From the NCBI GenBank assembly GCA_965367815.1, contig CBDUKN010000007.1, positions 32,001-96,000 of the forward strand: a stretch of 64,000 bases of DNA, given 5' to 3'. This DNA is from an uncultured Thermoprotei archaeon. GTDB taxonomy: Archaea; Thermoproteota; Thermoprotei; Thermofilales; B15-G2. A model generated the notes under the pieces. The model was not told the DNA's origin. It did not search any database and saw nothing but the letters and a program-made list of their open reading frames with translations. The translations under genes and the position numbers were made by a program. Below are positions 1 through 10,645 of the stretch, in pieces. Position 1 is the stretch's first letter. Every line of letters begins with the position of its first letter.

Positions 1-1
1 G

Positions 2-260
2 AAGAGCGCCGAGCTAGCCGTAGAAGCTATTAAGAAAGCTTTCGAGAAAAAACGATTTCACAGCAGAAGGGCTCTCCACTTACTGGAAACTACTAGAAAA
101 AGAAGAATTCATGATAGGAAACCATCTGAGAGCAAGCTATGGCTTCGCTAAAGAATTCTACGACAGATTGAAAATTTATGCTAAAGTATTTTACTCAGAT
201 AAAAATACTACTGCTAAAACTATAGCTGATCACTACCGATTGAAAGAAGTCCTCAAATAG
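2..260 (+). pseudogene. 3' end of a geranylgeranyl reductase-like FAD oxidoreductase with a frameshift (partial at window start)
   Basis: Frame 2 reads KSAELAVEAIKKAFEK. It continues as NDFTAEGLSTYWKLL...EVLK* (TAG 258-260) only if one A is removed from the A6 run at 47-52. Resembles GGR C-termini. Confidence 0.45.
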
Positions 261-459
261 TAAAAGAAGGCAAAAAGGGATTAATAGTTAAAGTAATCAA
301 GGCTATCCCAGTAAAGCTAGATGAATTTGAAGTAGACTTGGTTTTTTGAACTAAATAACGTTTATTTTTCTCTCAACCGCAACCTTTGCTTTAGCAAAAC
401 TACTTAAGCACCTAAAAAAGAGCCTAGTAAGCACTTATACTCTTAGAAGCGTTTACCTA

Positions 460-936
460 ATGGCTTTGACTGAAATGATGGACAAGTACGGAGCAGAGGA
501 AGCACTAAGAAAAATATTCAGATGGGGATATGAAATGGGACACAAGTATGCCCTGAGGTTAGGCAAGGACCTCAAACGCTATACAAATATCTTTAAAGAC
601 AGCCCCTTCTTTGGAAGACTTGGCTGGTACTTGTTCTCCGGAAACATTCCTCAAGTTGAAGTCCACGTAATAGAAATAGAAGGCTATAAAGTACTCGAAA
701 TCTTTGTTAGAGACTATAATTGTCCATGGTGTCTCGGATTCGAGTACAGCTATCCTATATGCAGTTACCCCTGTGGAACTTATGAAGCAGGAACACTCAC
801 GTGGTTTATGCTCATAGGCAAAATAGACGAGTATTGTGCTATTACTAGAGAAAGTAAATGTAAAGCTAGAGGAGGTCCTTGCTGCAAGCTTTCAGTAGTA
901 TATTCCAAGAGAGCTTTCAATAGAAAAGTTCGCTGA
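460..936 (+). CDS. V4R (4-vinyl reductase) domain protein, probably with decayed ends
   Basis: CPWC, PICSYPCGTYEAG and ESKCKARGGPCC match the V4R cysteine pattern. An alternative frame from ~902 (IPRELSIEKFAEIKPELF...FG*, stop 1007-1009) suggests a C-terminal frameshift. Confidence 0.7.
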   Translation: MALTEMMDKYGAEEALRKIFRWGYEMGHKYALRLGKDLKRYTNIFKDSPFFGRLGWYLFSGNIPQVEVHVIEIEGYKVLEIFVRDYNCPWCLGFEYSYPICSYPCGTYEAGTLTWFMLIGKIDEYCAITRESKCKARGGPCCKLSVVYSKRAFNRKVR

Positions 937-1187
937 AATTAAACCAGAGCTGTTTAAAATAATTAGTCCAGAGGATTCTCTTAATGCTTTTAAGGAGATA
1001 TTCGGGTAAATAATTGCTTTATTTTTGATTGGAATCAATTTTCTACTATGGTAAATAAAATAATTTATATATAGTGTTTTACATATGTATAGGTTATACT
1101 TGAAATAATAAAAAAGGAATATATTGCCTAGAATAGAAGAGCCTGCCCCTAAACGCTTATAATTTATATGGAATCAGTATACTTGGT

Positions 1188-1700
1188 ATGTATTCAATTA
1201 AGATAGTGCTTTGCGGTGAAGGAGGAGTAGGGAAAACTAGCATAGCCTACCGCTTTACAAAAGGAGAATTTCCAACAGATATTAAGCTTACAGTAGGAAT
1301 CGAGCATTTTACTAAAGTAATCGAGGTTAATGGGAAACAGGCCAAAATAGTTTTGTGGGATTTGGGTGGTGAAGAGCGCTTCAGATTTTTGGCACCAGTG
1401 TTCCTCAAAGGAGCCAAAGGAGGGCTCTTCGTATTTGATGTGACCAGACTTACTACATTATTTAAACTAGATGAGTGGCTAAAAATTTTCAGAGAGCAAG
1501 TAGGAGATGTGCCTGTTGTGCTAGTAGGCAATAAAGTAGACTTAAGTGAAAGCAGAGCTGTTTTTCGAGAAGCCGCAGAAGAATTCGCCAAAACGAAAGG
1601 GTTTTTAGCATATTATGAAGTTTCAGCAAAGACAGGTGTTAATGTAGAGGAAGCATTTATGCATTTAATCAAAGCTGTTTTAGAAAAAATACAGCTGTAA
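1188..1700 (+). CDS. Rab-like small GTPase (Ras superfamily)
   Basis: G1 GEGGVGKTS, G2 T(VGIEH), G3 WDLGG, G4 NKVD, G5 EVSAK. RabF-like motifs present; no C-terminal prenylation cysteine. Confidence 0.92.
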   Translation: MYSIKIVLCGEGGVGKTSIAYRFTKGEFPTDIKLTVGIEHFTKVIEVNGKQAKIVLWDLGGEERFRFLAPVFLKGAKGGLFVFDVTRLTTLFKLDEWLKIFREQVGDVPVVLVGNKVDLSESRAVFREAAEEFAKTKGFLAYYEVSAKTGVNVEEAFMHLIKAVLEKIQL

Positions 1701-1739
1701 GCTAGTTTAATATATTTCGGTGTTTTCAGAGAACTGTTA

Positions 1740-4046
1740 ATGAAATCTGTTTTAGTAAAAGTAAGGGGTGTAGTTCAGGGAGTAGGATTTCGGCCTTTTG
1801 TTTATCGTCTCGCAGTAAGCCTCGACCTCAAAGGATACGTAAGAAATACTGGTGGCTCTGAAGTAGAGATACTTCTTCAAGGCAAGAATATAGACGAGTT
1901 CTTGACTAGACTCAAGAAGGAGAAGCCTCCTTCAGCGCTAATAGAGGAAATAGATGTGCAAGAAGTAGATGAAGCCCCTTACAAGTGCTTTAGAATACTG
2001 GCGAGCACGTATTCCGTAGAAAAGTACTCTATGATACCTCCTGACTTTAGTTTCTGTGAAGAATGTTTGCGGGAAGTACTCGACGAGTCTTCTAGATGGT
2101 ATATGTATCCGTTTAATTCATGTGCATGGTGCGGGCCTCGCTTCAGTATAATTGAGAAACCGCCTTATGATAGAGAGAACACTTCTATGAGAGATTTTCC
2201 TCTATGCGAAAAGTGTCTAAAGGAGTATCGTGACCCAAGTAATCTCAGGAGGTTTCATGCTCAAGGAATAAGCTGTCCTAAGTGCGGGCCTAAAGTATGG
2301 TTGACCGACTCTTCTGGAGAAAAAATTGGGTGCGAAAATCCTATAATAGAGGCAGCTAAGCTGATCGAGGAAGGATTTATTGTCGCTGTTAAAGGAATAG
2401 GAGGTTTTCACTTAGCTTGTCTAGCTACAGACGATGATGTTGTATTGAAGCTAAGAGCTAGGAAGAAGAGAAGAAGAAAGCCTTTCGCCTTAATGGCACT
2501 AGACTTGAAAGCAGCGTCAAAAATCATAGAAATTACTCCCGCTGTAGAGAAGTGCCTTGCTTCGCCTCAAAGACCTATTGTAGTTGCTCTCAGAAAACCT
2601 GAGGCAGAAGTTTCTTTTTATGTTGCACCGAACTTAAAGACTCTTGGAGTAGAACTAGCGTATACGCCTCTACACTACATACTTCTAATGAATACTAGAG
2701 ACAGATACCTCGTTATGACGAGCGGGAATTTAACAGGACTACCTTTGTGTCATACTAATGAGGAAGCTTTAAGGTCTTTAAAGGGAATAGCAGATTATTT
2801 TCTACTACACAATAGGAGAATAGTTAATAGAGTAGACGATAGTGTAGTAAAAGCCGTAGGCTCGCACGTATTCTTTTTAAGGAGGAGTAGAGGCTACGTT
2901 CCCTGCTGGATCAAAATACCTTTCACGTCTAAAAGGAACATAGTAGCTTTAGGAGCAATGCTCTCTAATACAGGAGCTCTCCTCATTGAAGATAAAGTAA
3001 TACTAACACAGCACATAGGCGACATAGAGAATTTCGAAACCCTAGAGTTCGAGAAGAACGCAATAAGCTTTCTCTTAAGAGCCTACAACATTGATATCAA
3101 GGACTGTGTCATTGCAGTAGACAAGCATCCCCGCTACTTAACGAACCTCATTTCAGAAGAATACTCCCTAAAGGGGGCAAAAGCGCTTAAAGTACAGCAC
3201 CATCACGCGCACATAGCTTCAGTAATGGCAGAACACAAGATTCCTCTAGGAGAAAAAGTAGTAGGTATAGCAATAGATGGAGTAGGCTATGGAGAAGACG
3301 GATGTATATGGGGAGGAGAAATATTAGAAGTCTCGTACACAGATTTCAAGCGTTTAGCTCACTTAAAGTACTTTAAAATGCCTGGAGGAGACCTAGCCAC
3401 AAAATATCCAGTAAGAGTCCTACTAAGCATACTGTCTGATAAGTTATCTGAAGAAGAGCTGAGAGAAACAGCATTAAAGCTCAAGCTTCAAGATAAGCTT
3501 CCTCGAGGACTTCGAGAACTAGATATTGTTCTAAAGCAGATTTACTATAGTAGGCAGCCTTTAGCATCAAGTACAGGCAGGTTCCTTGATGCAGTTTCAG
3601 CTCTACTGGGCTTCTGTTATGAAAGGAGCTATGAGGGAGAACCAGCTATTGTATTAGAGGAAAAAAGTTTCGGAGGCAGAGTACTAGATGAAATTAGCTA
3701 TAGGATCGAAGGAGATAGTGAAGGACATAAGGTAATTGAGCTAAGTTCTACATTGCTTCAAGTGCTTGATCTGCTCCAGTATACAGATACAGAAAACATT
3801 GGAGCCAGTGTTCAGTACTGGTTGGGAAGAATTTTAGCCAAAGTAGCTTTAATGTTCAGAAAAAAGCATAGATATCTCGTGGTCGGCGGAGGAGCATCAG
3901 TTAACACTTTCATTATTAAGGGAATACTAGATGAAGTAGGAGATTCAATTAAGGTACTCTTTGCTAAGAAAACTCCTCCAGGTGACGGAGGCCTGAGTTT
4001 AGGTCAAGCTGTTATTGCTGCGGCTAAGCTACATGAACAGATTTAA
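1740..4046 (+). CDS. hypF: [NiFe]-hydrogenase maturation carbamoyltransferase HypF
   Basis: Acylphosphatase domain GVVQGVGFRPFVY, paired CxxC zinc fingers, QHHHAH, DGVGYG, GDGGLSLGQ; 768 aa. Confidence 0.97.
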   Translation: MKSVLVKVRGVVQGVGFRPFVYRLAVSLDLKGYVRNTGGSEVEILLQGKNIDEFLTRLKKEKPPSALIEEIDVQEVDEAPYKCFRILASTYSVEKYSMIPPDFSFCEECLREVLDESSRWYMYPFNSCAWCGPRFSIIEKPPYDRENTSMRDFPLCEKCLKEYRDPSNLRRFHAQGISCPKCGPKVWLTDSSGEKIGCENPIIEAAKLIEEGFIVAVKGIGGFHLACLATDDDVVLKLRARKKRRRKPFALMALDLKAASKIIEITPAVEKCLASPQRPIVVALRKPEAEVSFYVAPNLKTLGVELAYTPLHYILLMNTRDRYLVMTSGNLTGLPLCHTNEEALRSLKGIADYFLLHNRRIVNRVDDSVVKAVGSHVFFLRRSRGYVPCWIKIPFTSKRNIVALGAMLSNTGALLIEDKVILTQHIGDIENFETLEFEKNAISFLLRAYNIDIKDCVIAVDKHPRYLTNLISEEYSLKGAKALKVQHHHAHIASVMAEHKIPLGEKVVGIAIDGVGYGEDGCIWGGEILEVSYTDFKRLAHLKYFKMPGGDLATKYPVRVLLSILSDKLSEEELRETALKLKLQDKLPRGLRELDIVLKQIYYSRQPLASSTGRFLDAVSALLGFCYERSYEGEPAIVLEEKSFGGRVLDEISYRIEGDSEGHKVIELSSTLLQVLDLLQYTDTENIGASVQYWLGRILAKVALMFRKKHRYLVVGGGASVNTFIIKGILDEVGDSIKVLFAKKTPPGDGGLSLGQAVIAAAKLHEQI

Positions 4047-4730
4047 GCCATATTTCTTAGACAGGAGGTCTTTAATGAGACAAGGATAATCTGTAGTAAT
4101 CATATCTACGTCTAAGTTAATTAGTCTAATAGCTTCTCTCTCAGTATTAACTGTCCATGCACATAAAGTGAGCTTCTTTTCTCTAACCAGTTTAACATAA
4201 TCTCTATCTACGAGAGAGTAATGTACATGAACAGCATCGGCTCTGAGACTTACTGCTCTATTTAAGTTTTCAATAGGGTTTTTCGCGTAAATAAGACCAG
4301 CTTTTATAGATGAAAGTTCTTTAACCTTTTTAACTACTTCTGGGTAAAACGAAATAATCATTATTTTAGGCCCCTTAAATGACTCTACTTCACCTATAAC
4401 TTTTTCAGTGATATCTGGTTCCTTTACTTCGACTAGAACTCCGACTTTGTTTTCACATAATTCTAGTGCTTCCTTTAAAGTTGGTACTTTCTCGCCTTTA
4501 CCCGCGTCGAGTTTTCTTACTTCGCTGAACAGCATTTCTCTGAGAAGGCCTTTACCGTTAGTTGTTCTATCTACTGTATCGTCGTGCATTAAAACAAGTA
4601 CACCGTCCTTGGTTGCGCGAACATCTATTTCGATCCAATCTACTCTGCACTCAATGCCTTTCCTTATTGCTTTAAGAGTATTTTCGGGCTCATATCCGGC
4701 TGCACCTCTATGACCTACTATTTCTATCAT
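4029..4730 (-). CDS. glpQ: Glycerophosphodiester phosphodiesterase
   Basis: GHRGA, PENT, EIDV, HDDTVDRTT, WTVN, TDYP. Confidence 0.92.
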   Translation of the reverse strand: MIEIVGHRGAAGYEPENTLKAIRKGIECRVDWIEIDVRATKDGVLVLMHDDTVDRTTNGKGLLREMLFSEVRKLDAGKGEKVPTLKEALELCENKVGVLVEVKEPDITEKVIGEVESFKGPKIMIISFYPEVVKKVKELSSIKAGLIYAKNPIENLNRAVSLRADAVHVHYSLVDRDYVKLVREKKLTLCAWTVNTEREAIRLINLDVDMITTDYPCLIKDLLSKKYGLNLFM

Positions 4731-4811
4731 ACAGCCTAATCAATTAGGGCTTAGATAAAAATTTGATTGCAATATGAAAATGCTTATTATGCTTGAAGCC
4801 AGTAATAGGTT

Positions 4812-5351
4812 ATGTCCGAGAGAGTAGAGCTTAGTTTTACTGAAGTATCTGATAAGACACTTGAAGTAATGAGAGAACTAGGATTACTTCTAGTATCGGT
4901 AGATAATGAAGGTAAACCAAATGCTATGACTATAGGCTGGGGTTTTATTGGCATAATATGGATGAAGCCTGTTTTTATAGTAGCCGTAAGGCCGTCGAGA
5001 CATACTTACAATCTACTTGAGCAAACAGGAGACTTTACTGTAAATGTTCCAGCTAAAGGATTAGAGAAGGCTGTAGAGTACTGCGGTATTGTTTCGGGCA
5101 GAGACGTAGATAAGTTCAGGGGATGTAAGCTCACACCTCTCCCCTCGAAGTACGTGAAGTCGCCGCTAATAGAGGAGTGCGTTATAGGCTATGAGTGTAA
5201 AATTATCTATAAATTTGATTTAGAGGCAGAAAAACTCCCCAGTAGTGTTCTCTCTGTGTGTTATCCTTCGGGAGACTACCATAGGCTGTACTTTGGTGAA
5301 ATCTTGAGAGTAGTAGTTGTAAAAGACTTTGAAAAGAAATTACCTATATAG
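4812..5351 (+). CDS. Flavin reductase / flavoredoxin family protein
   Basis: NAMTIGW, RHTY, FTVNVP, CGIVSGRDVDK, DYHRLYFGEI. Confidence 0.88.
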   Translation: MSERVELSFTEVSDKTLEVMRELGLLLVSVDNEGKPNAMTIGWGFIGIIWMKPVFIVAVRPSRHTYNLLEQTGDFTVNVPAKGLEKAVEYCGIVSGRDVDKFRGCKLTPLPSKYVKSPLIEECVIGYECKIIYKFDLEAEKLPSSVLSVCYPSGDYHRLYFGEILRVVVVKDFEKKLPI

Positions 5352-5353
5352 AT

Positions 5354-6244
5354 TTATTCTTCAGAGGTCTTGATTACTTTAAATCCCTTTCTAACAAAGT
5401 CTTTTTTAGGAATAAAGACTATTCCCTTTTCTGTTTCAAGCTCAACCATTAATGTAGTTATTTTAACTATTTTACCCACTGTGTCATTTATTTCAATAAT
5501 CGTCCCTTCTTTTAAGCCGCTAGGCTCATTGAATAGGAGTATGAGGGCTTCTTCTCTTAGTCCCAACCCGAAGAGAAGAGCTAATGCGAGACCTACGCTT
5601 ATTCCTATTGCTAGGAAGAGTGCTTGAGCTATGTAGGAGATTACTCGAGGAGCTATGTCAGCTATTTCAAATACTATGAATATAAGTATTATGTACATTG
5701 CGTATTTTAAGAACGCTGCTAACGATGATTTAAACTTAGGCGAAAGAGGTATTTCTTTAAGCGCGCCTTCAGCAAATCCTACAATCCACTCAGTGAAAAG
5801 AATTCCTATGAAGAAGACCAGTATGGCTCCAAAGAACTTCGGTACATAAGTTACTGCAGCTACACTTAGTTCTTCTAAAGCCGGAATATTTAGCACAGAA
5901 ATAGCTGTAACGATAGTTACAGTGTATATAGTAAGCTTCGTTAAAAGCGAGAGTATTCTTGATATAGGATATCCTGCTTTGGTTAAAAGAGCACCTATTT
6001 CAGATTTCTTAAAGCTTTCATCGCCTTTAACTAACTTAACCGCACCAGCAACAGCTTTTGCTGTAACTTTGCCTACGATGTAGCCTATAATTAGAACTAC
6101 TAGCGATGACAGGATGCTTGGAAGATAAGAATATATTACTTTAATTATTTCTTCTAAAATTTTCAGTATATTTTCCTCCACTCTCTCCCCGTTTAGATGT
6201 AGAGGAGGTGTATTTATTCTCTTGTCACTAAAGATAACCCACAT
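5354..6244 (-). CDS. MscS-like mechanosensitive channel / TM-helix repeat protein (true start probably GTG near 6181)
   Basis: Repeated YLPSIL/YVPKFF TM-helix motifs and a C-terminal MscS-like beta domain (GTIIEINDTVGKIVKI...IPK). Confidence 0.75.
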   Translation of the reverse strand: MWVIFSDKRINTPPLHLNGERVEENILKILEEIIKVIYSYLPSILSSLVVLIIGYIVGKVTAKAVAGAVKLVKGDESFKKSEIGALLTKAGYPISRILSLLTKLTIYTVTIVTAISVLNIPALEELSVAAVTYVPKFFGAILVFFIGILFTEWIVGFAEGALKEIPLSPKFKSSLAAFLKYAMYIILIFIVFEIADIAPRVISYIAQALFLAIGISVGLALALLFGLGLREEALILLFNEPSGLKEGTIIEINDTVGKIVKITTLMVELETEKGIVFIPKKDFVRKGFKVIKTSEE

Positions 6245-7526
6245 TTGTCATCAGCGCTAAAATTACCATTGAAACCAGTATTTGTGCAAGCGCTATTGGA
6301 TAGCATTTTTTAACATATTCTCCCATAGATACTTCCATTTTTCTCCGCTCAAGTAGTCTTATACCAATAAGTACTGAAGGAGAGCCAAAAGTAGTCAAGT
6401 TTCCTCCAAGATTGCTTCCAACTATTAGTGCCCAATAGAAAGGCAGAGGATCTATACCCAAGATCTTAACTAAGTCGTTTACTATGGGATATAGTATTAA
6501 CACTACGGGAATGTTGTCTATAAAGGCTGAGACAGTAGCACATATAAGTAGCAGTAGAGGCGCGCTGATACATGGATTTAAGTAAAGTAAGTCTACTAAT
6601 TTTTCTGCTATCTTGTCGAGTACTCCGCTGCGCTCTAGACCTCCAACGAAAATAAAGAAGCCTCCAACGAAAAAGGGTATGCTCCAGTCAGTTCTTCTAA
6701 AAACTTTATCTGGGTCTACTCCGCTGAGCATAAATGACAGTACAACGAAGAAGAATGCGATAAAAGACGGCGGTAAATCAGTGCCGCTACTTAAAGATAC
6801 CGTTATAAGGAATCCTGAGAATATGAGAAACGATCTGTAGAGAGCCGAAGGCTTCTCTACAGCCGACCACGGGTCTATAAGCTTTCTTATCACCTCTTTA
6901 TTCTCAGGATTCAGTTTAGAGTCTCTACGGTAGTATAGAACCCACGATATAATGACGGTGACTAGAGTAAGTAGTACTATGAAAGGCAGTGATATTTTTA
7001 TGAAGTCTGAAAAACCCATACGAGTTTTTGTTGCAATAATGAGCGCTGGAATAGAGCTTATAGGTATTAGAATACCTCCCACATTAGTCTGAAGTCCTTC
7101 AACTAGTATTGTCTCTTTTGCATTAAATCCTAAAGATTCCGCGAACTTGAAGGTTATAGCGCCAAAAATAAGCATTACTGTTATATTTGAAGAAAATCCG
7201 GAAAATAGAGTCACCAGCACTATTAGCGTGATTATCGACAATGTATAATGTGAACCAAGTTTTTGTAGTAAGTATAGTCCTATAAAGTCAAAGAAACCTG
7301 ACTCACTTAACGTTTCAAAGAGTATTAGTATTCCGACTATAAAGAGTACTGTATCTAAGTTAATCATTTCGACAATATCTTCGTATGTGAAGAGACCGTA
7401 AGATATTCCAAAATATACTGAGAGTACTGCGGCGAGCATTGCTACAATAGCTCTATGCTCTATTTCGGCTACTAGAAGAAGTATGACTATTGTGAAAATT
7501 ATAGTGAATGTTGCCAGGGGAGTCAT
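6228..7526 (-). CDS. ArsB/NhaD (ion transporter superfamily) anion permease
   Basis: About 11 TM segments; SGFSSNIT, SAFIDNIP and GSNLGGNLTTFGS motifs. Confidence 0.85.
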   Translation of the reverse strand: MTPLATFTIIFTIVILLLVAEIEHRAIVAMLAAVLSVYFGISYGLFTYEDIVEMINLDTVLFIVGILILFETLSESGFFDFIGLYLLQKLGSHYTLSIITLIVLVTLFSGFSSNITVMLIFGAITFKFAESLGFNAKETILVEGLQTNVGGILIPISSIPALIIATKTRMGFSDFIKISLPFIVLLTLVTVIISWVLYYRRDSKLNPENKEVIRKLIDPWSAVEKPSALYRSFLIFSGFLITVSLSSGTDLPPSFIAFFFVVLSFMLSGVDPDKVFRRTDWSIPFFVGGFFIFVGGLERSGVLDKIAEKLVDLLYLNPCISAPLLLLICATVSAFIDNIPVVLILYPIVNDLVKILGIDPLPFYWALIVGSNLGGNLTTFGSPSVLIGIRLLERRKMEVSMGEYVKKCYPIALAQILVSMVILALMTNVGYL

Positions 7527-7529
7527 TCT

Positions 7530-7853
7530 TTAATGTTTTTTAGCCAGTTTATATAAGCTTAGCGTAATGTCTATGAATATCGGGGCTCCGATGAAGAAAA
7601 GAAACAGCAGAATAAGTGCTTCTACTTCTTTACTTAAAGGATTTTCTCCTAAACGGACTACTACTGCTTCGTGTACAAGCGACAGGAGAAGAATATAGAC
7701 TATTCCGTGGATTACTCTTTTGAACAGCAGACCCTTTTTACCGTATTCTTCGTCGAATTTTCTTTTAATAGATCGGTAGCTGTAGTATCCTATAGAAAAT
7801 CCTACGCAAAAAAGTATCATCAAGGCCCAGGTGTATATTATGCTCAGTATCAT
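7530..7853 (-). CDS. Hypothetical 3-TM membrane protein
   Basis: Three hydrophobic segments; ends 4 bp before the permease start. Confidence 0.6.
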   Translation of the reverse strand: MILSIIYTWALMILFCVGFSIGYYSYRSIKRKFDEEYGKKGLLFKRVIHGIVYILLLSLVHEAVVVRLGENPLSKEVEALILLFLFFIGAPIFIDITLSLYKLAKKH

Positions 7854-7886
7854 CCAGCTTACTATTATGCATCAAAGTATATTTTG

Positions 7887-8872
7887 TTAACTCTCAAGTA
7901 GTTTTGCTTCATATAAAATCCATCTATCTACTTGTGTAGCCCAGCCGACTTCTTTAGTGTACTTGGGGCCTATTGATTCAATGTATATTAGTACTCTATT
8001 ATTGTCATAGTCGAAGACTATGCTCGAGTACCCGTGTGTAGGCCAGTCTTTTCTTTCGTAAGGTGAAGCTGCTTTCCACTCTGTCTGATAGACTGTCTCT
8101 AAATTGTAGTTGCGGTAGTCGACTACGTATGCTTCGAAGTGTTTTGCTATACCGTAGCCATTTATTAAATATCTTCGAGCAAGACCCATGAAAGAACTCC
8201 CCTCCGGCACAAGTGAAGAAATTGCCGTTTAGCTGGAAGTAGTCTGGCTGTTTTTCGCCGTCTATAGTAGGTATACCTAGTTTCTTTCAGTGAATACCGT
8301 CGTGGCTTATTGCTAGACCTGTCTTCACGTTCTTTACTTCTCTTTGAGCCTTATAGAACATAAAATAAGTGCTGTCAATAATATCTACCACTACGTCTCT
8401 TGCCTCTTTAGCATCGTACCTCTCGCCTGTTTTCAAGACAAATCCTTTGTACTCCTGGGGGCCTGCGGGGGTCGTCAGATACATAAAGTATTGCTTCCTA
8501 AGCCCGCCTGTAGTCTACAGACACGTAGAGGTATAGGAGGTCTGTTAAGGGATCTCTTATAATCTGTACTCCTTCAATGCTGAGAACTTCTGTTTTCATG
8601 TCCCTAGATATATCTTCTTTAGTCAAAGCTGTCTTCAGGTAGAAGTCTTCTCCGTTTTTACTGGAATATATTCTGACTTCAACTCCTCTCGCTGGAGCAG
8701 GTTTTCGAGGCCTTACAGCCATTAAATACTCTTTAAAGACGTGGTCATAGAATACCCTGCCTGCACCAACCCATGAGCCAGGTTCAGAGCTCGGGGGGTC
8801 TAGTACAACTTTCTTGAATCTAGTTGCTCTGTCGATGTACTGGGGAGGAATAAAGCCTTTCCAGTCGACCAT
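7887..8872 (-). pseudogene. Fragmented beta-propeller glycoside hydrolase-like gene (GH43/32/68/130 clan-like)
   Basis: Three consecutive same-strand pieces (8498-8872, 8287-8484, 7887-8210). GLAISHDGIH*KKLG has TGA where the S-x-D-G-x-x-W tryptophan is expected. Confidence 0.65.
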
Positions 8873-8907
8873 GGTACTTATTACTCATGACAAAATAAAA
8901 ACTACTT

Positions 8908-10218
8908 ATGGTTATAGATTTATACTTGAGGGTTAAACATTATTCTGTGTCCGAAAAACCAGCAATATTGGGTGGAAAGCCCGTAAGAGAAAAAGGCCTT
9001 GTAGACTGGCCTATAATAACTGAAGAAGAATATGAGGCTGTTAAAAGAGTTTTGAAGAGGAAAAAGCTTTTCGCAAGCATGTATGAGGGCTATGAAGTAC
9101 CTGCTTTTGAAGAAGAGTTCGCTAAAGTAATGGACGTGAAATACGCTATCGCTTGTAGCTCCGGCACAGCCGCACTCGATATTGCTATAAAGGCCTTAGA
9201 TATAGGACCTGGAGATGAAGTAATAACTACTCCCTACACGTTTATCGCTTCCGCTACCTGTGTTTTACACAACTGCGCTATACCTATTTTCGCTGACGTA
9301 GATCTCAAAACAAGAAACATCGATCCATGTGAAATAGAGAAGAAGGTCACTGATAGAACTAAGGCAATTATAGTAGTGCACTTAGCAGGTCATCCATGTG
9401 AAATGGATGAAATTATGCGTATTGCCGAAGAGCATGGACTTTATGTTATTGAAGACTGTGCACAAGCCCATTTAGCGGAGTATAAAGGAAAGAAAGTAGG
9501 CGGAATAGGACACATAGGTATTTTTAGTTTCCAGCAGTCGAAAAACATGACTGCTGGCGAAGGAGGAATGATCACTACAAATGACCCAGAGCTTGCCGAG
9601 AAGTGCAGGTCTCTTAGAGAGCACGGTAGACGTAGAGATAAGCCTTGGTACTATCACGCAGAGCTAGGCTGGAACTACCGTATGACTGAAATGCAGGCAG
9701 CGATTTTAAGAGTACAGCTCAAGAGGCTACCTAAAATAACTGAAGAGCGTAGAAGAAATGCTGAGTATTTGTCAAAGTTAATAAAAGAAGAGCTTGAGGG
9801 AGTAGTAGAGCCTCCTTATGTTGCTCCATATGTTAAACACGCGTGGCATCTCTATCCAATATACTATCATCTCAAAAAAGTAGGTTTGTCTAAGGCAGAA
9901 TTCTGTAAGGCAGTACAGGCAGAGAACGTCGAGTTATATGAAGGATACGCTTGGCCAGTGTACGAGAACCCTATATTCAGAGAACACAGAGCAAGACCTA
10001 GAGGATGCCCGTACACTTGTCCATTCTATGGTAAGAAGGTAGAATATCCTAAAGGACTGTGCCCGAATGCAGAGAAACTATGTTATGAAACAGGCTTGTG
10101 GCTACCTGGCTCAGCGCTAAATAATCCACAGGAAGAAATGGATACAGTAGTTAAGGCAATTAAAAAAGTAGTTAGGCATGCCTCCAAGATAAAAGACTAT
10201 TTCTCTAAGAAGAAGTAG
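8908..10218 (+). CDS. DegT/DnrJ/EryC1/StrS PLP-dependent sugar aminotransferase (start may be GTG 8947)
   Basis: SSGTAAL, IEDCAQAH, SFQQSKNMTAGEGG, GWNYRMTEMQAA. Confidence 0.95.
   Translation: MVIDLYLRVKHYSVSEKPAILGGKPVREKGLVDWPIITEEEYEAVKRVLKRKKLFASMYEGYEVPAFEEEFAKVMDVKYAIACSSGTAALDIAIKALDIGPGDEVITTPYTFIASATCVLHNCAIPIFADVDLKTRNIDPCEIEKKVTDRTKAIIVVHLAGHPCEMDEIMRIAEEHGLYVIEDCAQAHLAEYKGKKVGGIGHIGIFSFQQSKNMTAGEGGMITTNDPELAEKCRSLREHGRRRDKPWYYHAELGWNYRMTEMQAAILRVQLKRLPKITEERRRNAEYLSKLIKEELEGVVEPPYVAPYVKHAWHLYPIYYHLKKVGLSKAEFCKAVQAENVELYEGYAWPVYENPIFREHRARPRGCPYTCPFYGKKVEYPKGLCPNAEKLCYETGLWLPGSALNNPQEEMDTVVKAIKKVVRHASKIKDYFSKKK
9335..9435 (+). repeat. 101-bp exact repeat, copy 1 (copy 2 at 16213-16313)
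   Basis: TAGAGAAGAAGG...GAAGAGCAT is identical in both DegT paralogues. Confidence 0.9.
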
Positions 10219-10232
10219 AATTAGCACTGGTA

Positions 10233-10583
10233 TTATTTTCTATAAAATCTTATTTTTATGTCTCTTCTAGTTCTCCTATAAAGTTCAGCCAGTATCATTT
10301 TAAGCTCACTATCAGTTACAGGTATTTTAAGGCGGCCGGCTTGAGCTAACTGAATTAACTGAAGTTCGAGACTTTCTGCGAGCTCGGGCTTAACGAGCTT
10401 CAAGTTAATTAATCTTTGTCTAGCCTCGGGAGTCAATATAGCTCTGAGCATAGCTTCTTTTCGTGCTTCAAACTCTCTTCTAGCTCTCTCTTGCTCCTCT
10501 AGCTCCCTTAATCTGCGCTGATACTCCTGAAGCTTCCTAAGCTTAATAGCTTCTAGCTCTTCATCATACTCTTCGGACATCAA
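10233..10583 (-). CDS. PDCD5/TFAR19-like DNA-binding protein
   Basis: [31 protein letters not shown] signature. Confidence 0.92.
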   Translation of the reverse strand: MMSEEYDEELEAIKLRKLQEYQRRLRELEEQERARREFEARKEAMLRAILTPEARQRLINLKLVKPELAESLELQLIQLAQAGRLKIPVTDSELKMILAELYRRTRRDIKIRFYRK

Positions 10584-10645
10584 TAGTACTAAGCGGTAGT
10601 CTACTAAAATAGTTTTCTATATCTTGTATGCAAATAAGGTCTAGA

